A DNA stretch of 64,000 nucleotides from positions 124,001 to 188,000 of the forward strand of contig CM075990.1 in NCBI GenBank assembly GCA_038087875.1. Direction: 5' to 3'. Position numbers and translations under genes: made by a program. This DNA is from Malacoraja senta (Eukaryota). A model generated the notes under the pieces. That model was given only the letters and a program-made list of their open reading frames with translations. It had not been told where the DNA came from and made no database searches. Below are positions 61,333 to 64,000 of this stretch, piece after piece (positions within the stretch are counted from its first letter, which is position 1; each line of letters opens with the position of its first letter).

Positions 61333-62826
61333 AACAAACATTTACAGTGCTTTTTACTTCAACCCAAAACCTCCAAACAACCATGTGCAGTGCTTTTTAC
61401 TTCAACCCAAAACGCCCAAACAACCATTTGCAGTGCCTTTTACTTCAACCCAAACAACCATTTGCAGTCGCTATTACTTCAACTCAAATCCACCAAACCA
61501 CCATTTTCAGTACCTTTTACTTCAACCCAAAAACCCCAAACAACCATTTGCAGTTCCTTTTACTTCAACCCAAAATCCACAAACAACCATTTGCAGTGCC
61601 TTTTACTTCAAATCAAAAGCCCCAAACAATCATTTGCAGTGCCTTTTACTTCAACCCAAAACCTCCAAACAACCATGTGCAGTGCTTTTTACTTCAACCC
61701 AAAACCCCCAAACAACCATTTGCAGTGCATTTTACTTCAACCCAAACCCCCAAACAACCATTAGCAGTGCCTTTTACTTCAACCCAAACAACCATTTGCA
61801 GTGCCTTTTACTTCAACCCCAAACCGCCAAACAACCATTTGCAGTGCTATTTACTTCAACCCCAAACCCCCAAACAACCATTTGCAGTGCCTGTTACTTC
61901 AACCCAAACAACCATTTGCAGTGCCTTTTACTTCAACCCAAACAACCATTTGCAATGCCTTTTACTTCAACCCAAATAACCATTTGCAGTGCCTTTTACT
62001 TCAACCCAAAACCCCCAAACAACCATTTGCAGTGCCTTTTACTTCAACCCAAAACCCCCAAAACAACATTTGCAGTGCCTTTTTACTTCAACCTAAACCC
62101 CCCAAACAACCATTTGCAGTGCCTTTTACTTCTACCCAAAACCCCCAAAACAACATTTGCAGTGCCTTTTTACTTCAACCTAAACCCCCCAAACAACCAT
62201 TTGCAGTGCCTTTTACTTCTACCCAAACAACGATTTGCAGTGCCTTTTACTTCAACTCAAACAACCATTTGCAATGCCTTTTACTTCAACCCGAACAACC
62301 ATTTGCAGTGCTTTTTACTTCAACCAAAACCCCCCAAATAACCATTTGCAATGCCTTTTACTTCAACCCAAACCCCCCAAACAACCATTTGCAGTGCCTT
62401 TTACTTCAACCCAAACCCCCCAAACAACCATTTGCAGTGCCTTTTACTTCAACCCAAACCCCCCAAACAACTATTTGCAGTGCCTTTTACTTCAACCCAA
62501 ACCCCCCAAACAACTATTTGCAGTGCCTTTTACTTCAACCCAAAACCCCCAAATAACCATTTGCAATGCCTTTTACTTCAACCTATAACCCCCAAACAAC
62601 CATTTGCAGTGCCATTTACTTTAACCCAAAACCCCCAAACAACAATTTGAGGTGCCTTATTCTTCAACCCAAACCCCCAAACAACCATTTGCAGTGCCAT
62701 TTGCTTCAACCCCAAACCACCATTTGCAGTGCCTTTTAATTCAACCCAAAACCCCTAATCAACCATTTGCAGTGCTTTTTGCTTCAACGCAAAACCCCCA
62801 AACAACCATTTGCAGTGCTTTTTACA
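61333..62826. repeat. Minisatellite C, 34-bp and 42-44-bp units (aaacaaccatttgcagtgccttttacttcaaccc[aaaaccccc]), about 36 copies
   Basis: Visible tandem array that shares the core aacaaccatttgcagtgc with minisatellite B. Confidence 0.95.
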
Positions 62827-63045
62827 TCAAGAGTGTTTTATTGTAATGTCCCAGATAGAACAATGAAATTCTTACTTGCAGCAGCACAACAGAATATGTA
62901 AACATAGTACACTGTAAACAATATAATAAACAAGAGAAAAAGATCAGTGTGTGTGTATATATACACATACTCACACATACATGTATATATTATATATGTA
63001 TCTAGATATATACATGCACACACATATGTACACATGGGTGACAAT

Positions 63046-63283
63046 CGGTGCTGTCTGCATGGAGTTTGTACATTCTTCCCGTGTTCTGCTTGGGTTTTCT
63101 CCAAATTTTTCGGTTTCCTCCCGCACTACAAGGACGTACAGGTTTGTAGGTTAATTGGCTTGGTATCAATGTAAAATTGTCCCTAGTGTGCTTAGGGTGG
63201 TGTTAGTGCGCAGGAATCGCTGGTCGGTGCAGACTCGGTAGGGTGAAGGGCCTGTTTCCATTCTGTGCTCTAAACTAAACTAA
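63046..63283 (+). mobile_element. HE1/V-SINE (5'-truncated)
   Basis: V-core and tail. Confidence 0.85.
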
Positions 63284-63514
63284 TCAAAACATCAATAATA
63301 GTACTATAATAACAATAATAGTATACAATGGGGGATACTCTGCATTTTGCAGATGGTACACACTGTGGTCAGTGTCCATGTGTAGACAGCAATAGTTTTC
63401 AGAGTGATCGAAGGGGGGTTTATCAAGCTGTCTATCTGCGATAACGTCAAACTTTCTATTGTGTCTTGAAGCTACACTCACCTGAGTAATTGTTTTGCAA
63501 CTTGTGTATAAAAT

Positions 63515-63905
63515 GTGTATAAAATCACGAGAGGAATAGATCGGGTAGATACCCACAGTCTCTTGCCCAGAATAGGTGAATCGAGGACCAGAGGACATGG
63601 GTTTAAGGTGAAGGGGAAAACAACTAATAGGAATCTAAGAAGTAACTTTTTCACACAAAGAGGGATGGGTGTATTGAAGGAGCTGCTAGAGGAGGTAGTT
63701 GAGGCAGGGACTATCCCAACATTTAAAAAACATTTAGACAAGTACATGGATAGGACAGGTTTGGATGGATATGGGCCAAACACGGGCAGGTGGGATTAGG
63801 ACATGTGTAACTGGGACATGTTATCCGGTGTGGGCACATTGGGCCGAAGGGCCTGTGTCCGCGCTGTAGCGCTCTTATGACTTTATGATGACTTTATGAC
63901 TCTAT
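63515..63905 (+). mobile_element. CR1/HER1 3' end
   Basis: YKITRGIDRVD...FFTQR...GYGPNTGRWD and a (tatgactt)n tail. Confidence 0.9.
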
Positions 63906-64000
63906 ATCTTGACCTGGACTTTGCAGATGATGGGAAGGCTTTGAGAAGTCCATTGTTTAATCCCGCACTACACAATACCACACAAATTATTGTGCTGCTT

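Larger units (their letters stand above)
48292..62826 (-). mobile_element. Helitron-like copy 4, split by the L2/CR1/L1 nest (own sequence at 48292-48917 and 60792-62826)
   Basis: 3' CTAG at 48292-48295 with hairpin at 48302-48319. Minisatellite A lies on both sides of the nest; module at 60979-61327. Confidence 0.7.

Noticed and set aside
61317..62846. 200-318-aa ORFs in all three frames
   Set aside because: Translation of minisatellite C; no coding signal.

Overview
Repeat-saturated vertebrate genomic DNA with no host gene I can support. It is intergenic or deep-intronic and almost certainly from a cartilaginous fish, probably a skate or ray, given about 12 HE1/V-SINE copies, HER1/CR1 LINEs and Penelope-like terminal repeats. 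Transposon content: CR1 (including a near-complete ORF2 and an SGNH-esterase ORF1), L1, L2, Rex1/Babar, RTE and Penelope-like elements. There is also a two-LTR Tf1/sushi-type chromoviral Gypsy element lacking RT/RNase H, and two MITEs. Highlights: (1) a 138-bp retroposon whose 5' 54 nt fold into a canonical minimal HDV-like ribozyme (32665-32802). (2) A modular non-autonomous Helitron-like family (4 copies) built from a TATA+Inr+splice-donor cassette followed by different minisatellites, with an 18-bp end-swapping micro-inversion at a head-to-tail junction and a head-to-head pair. (3) A visible self-priming PBS in the Gypsy element. (4) A five-level TE nest (48122-62992) containing a ~654-bp duplication at an L1 insertion. 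(5) Hammerhead-like motifs in fold-back Penelope terminal repeats. Family names come from motif recognition only; no database search was run.
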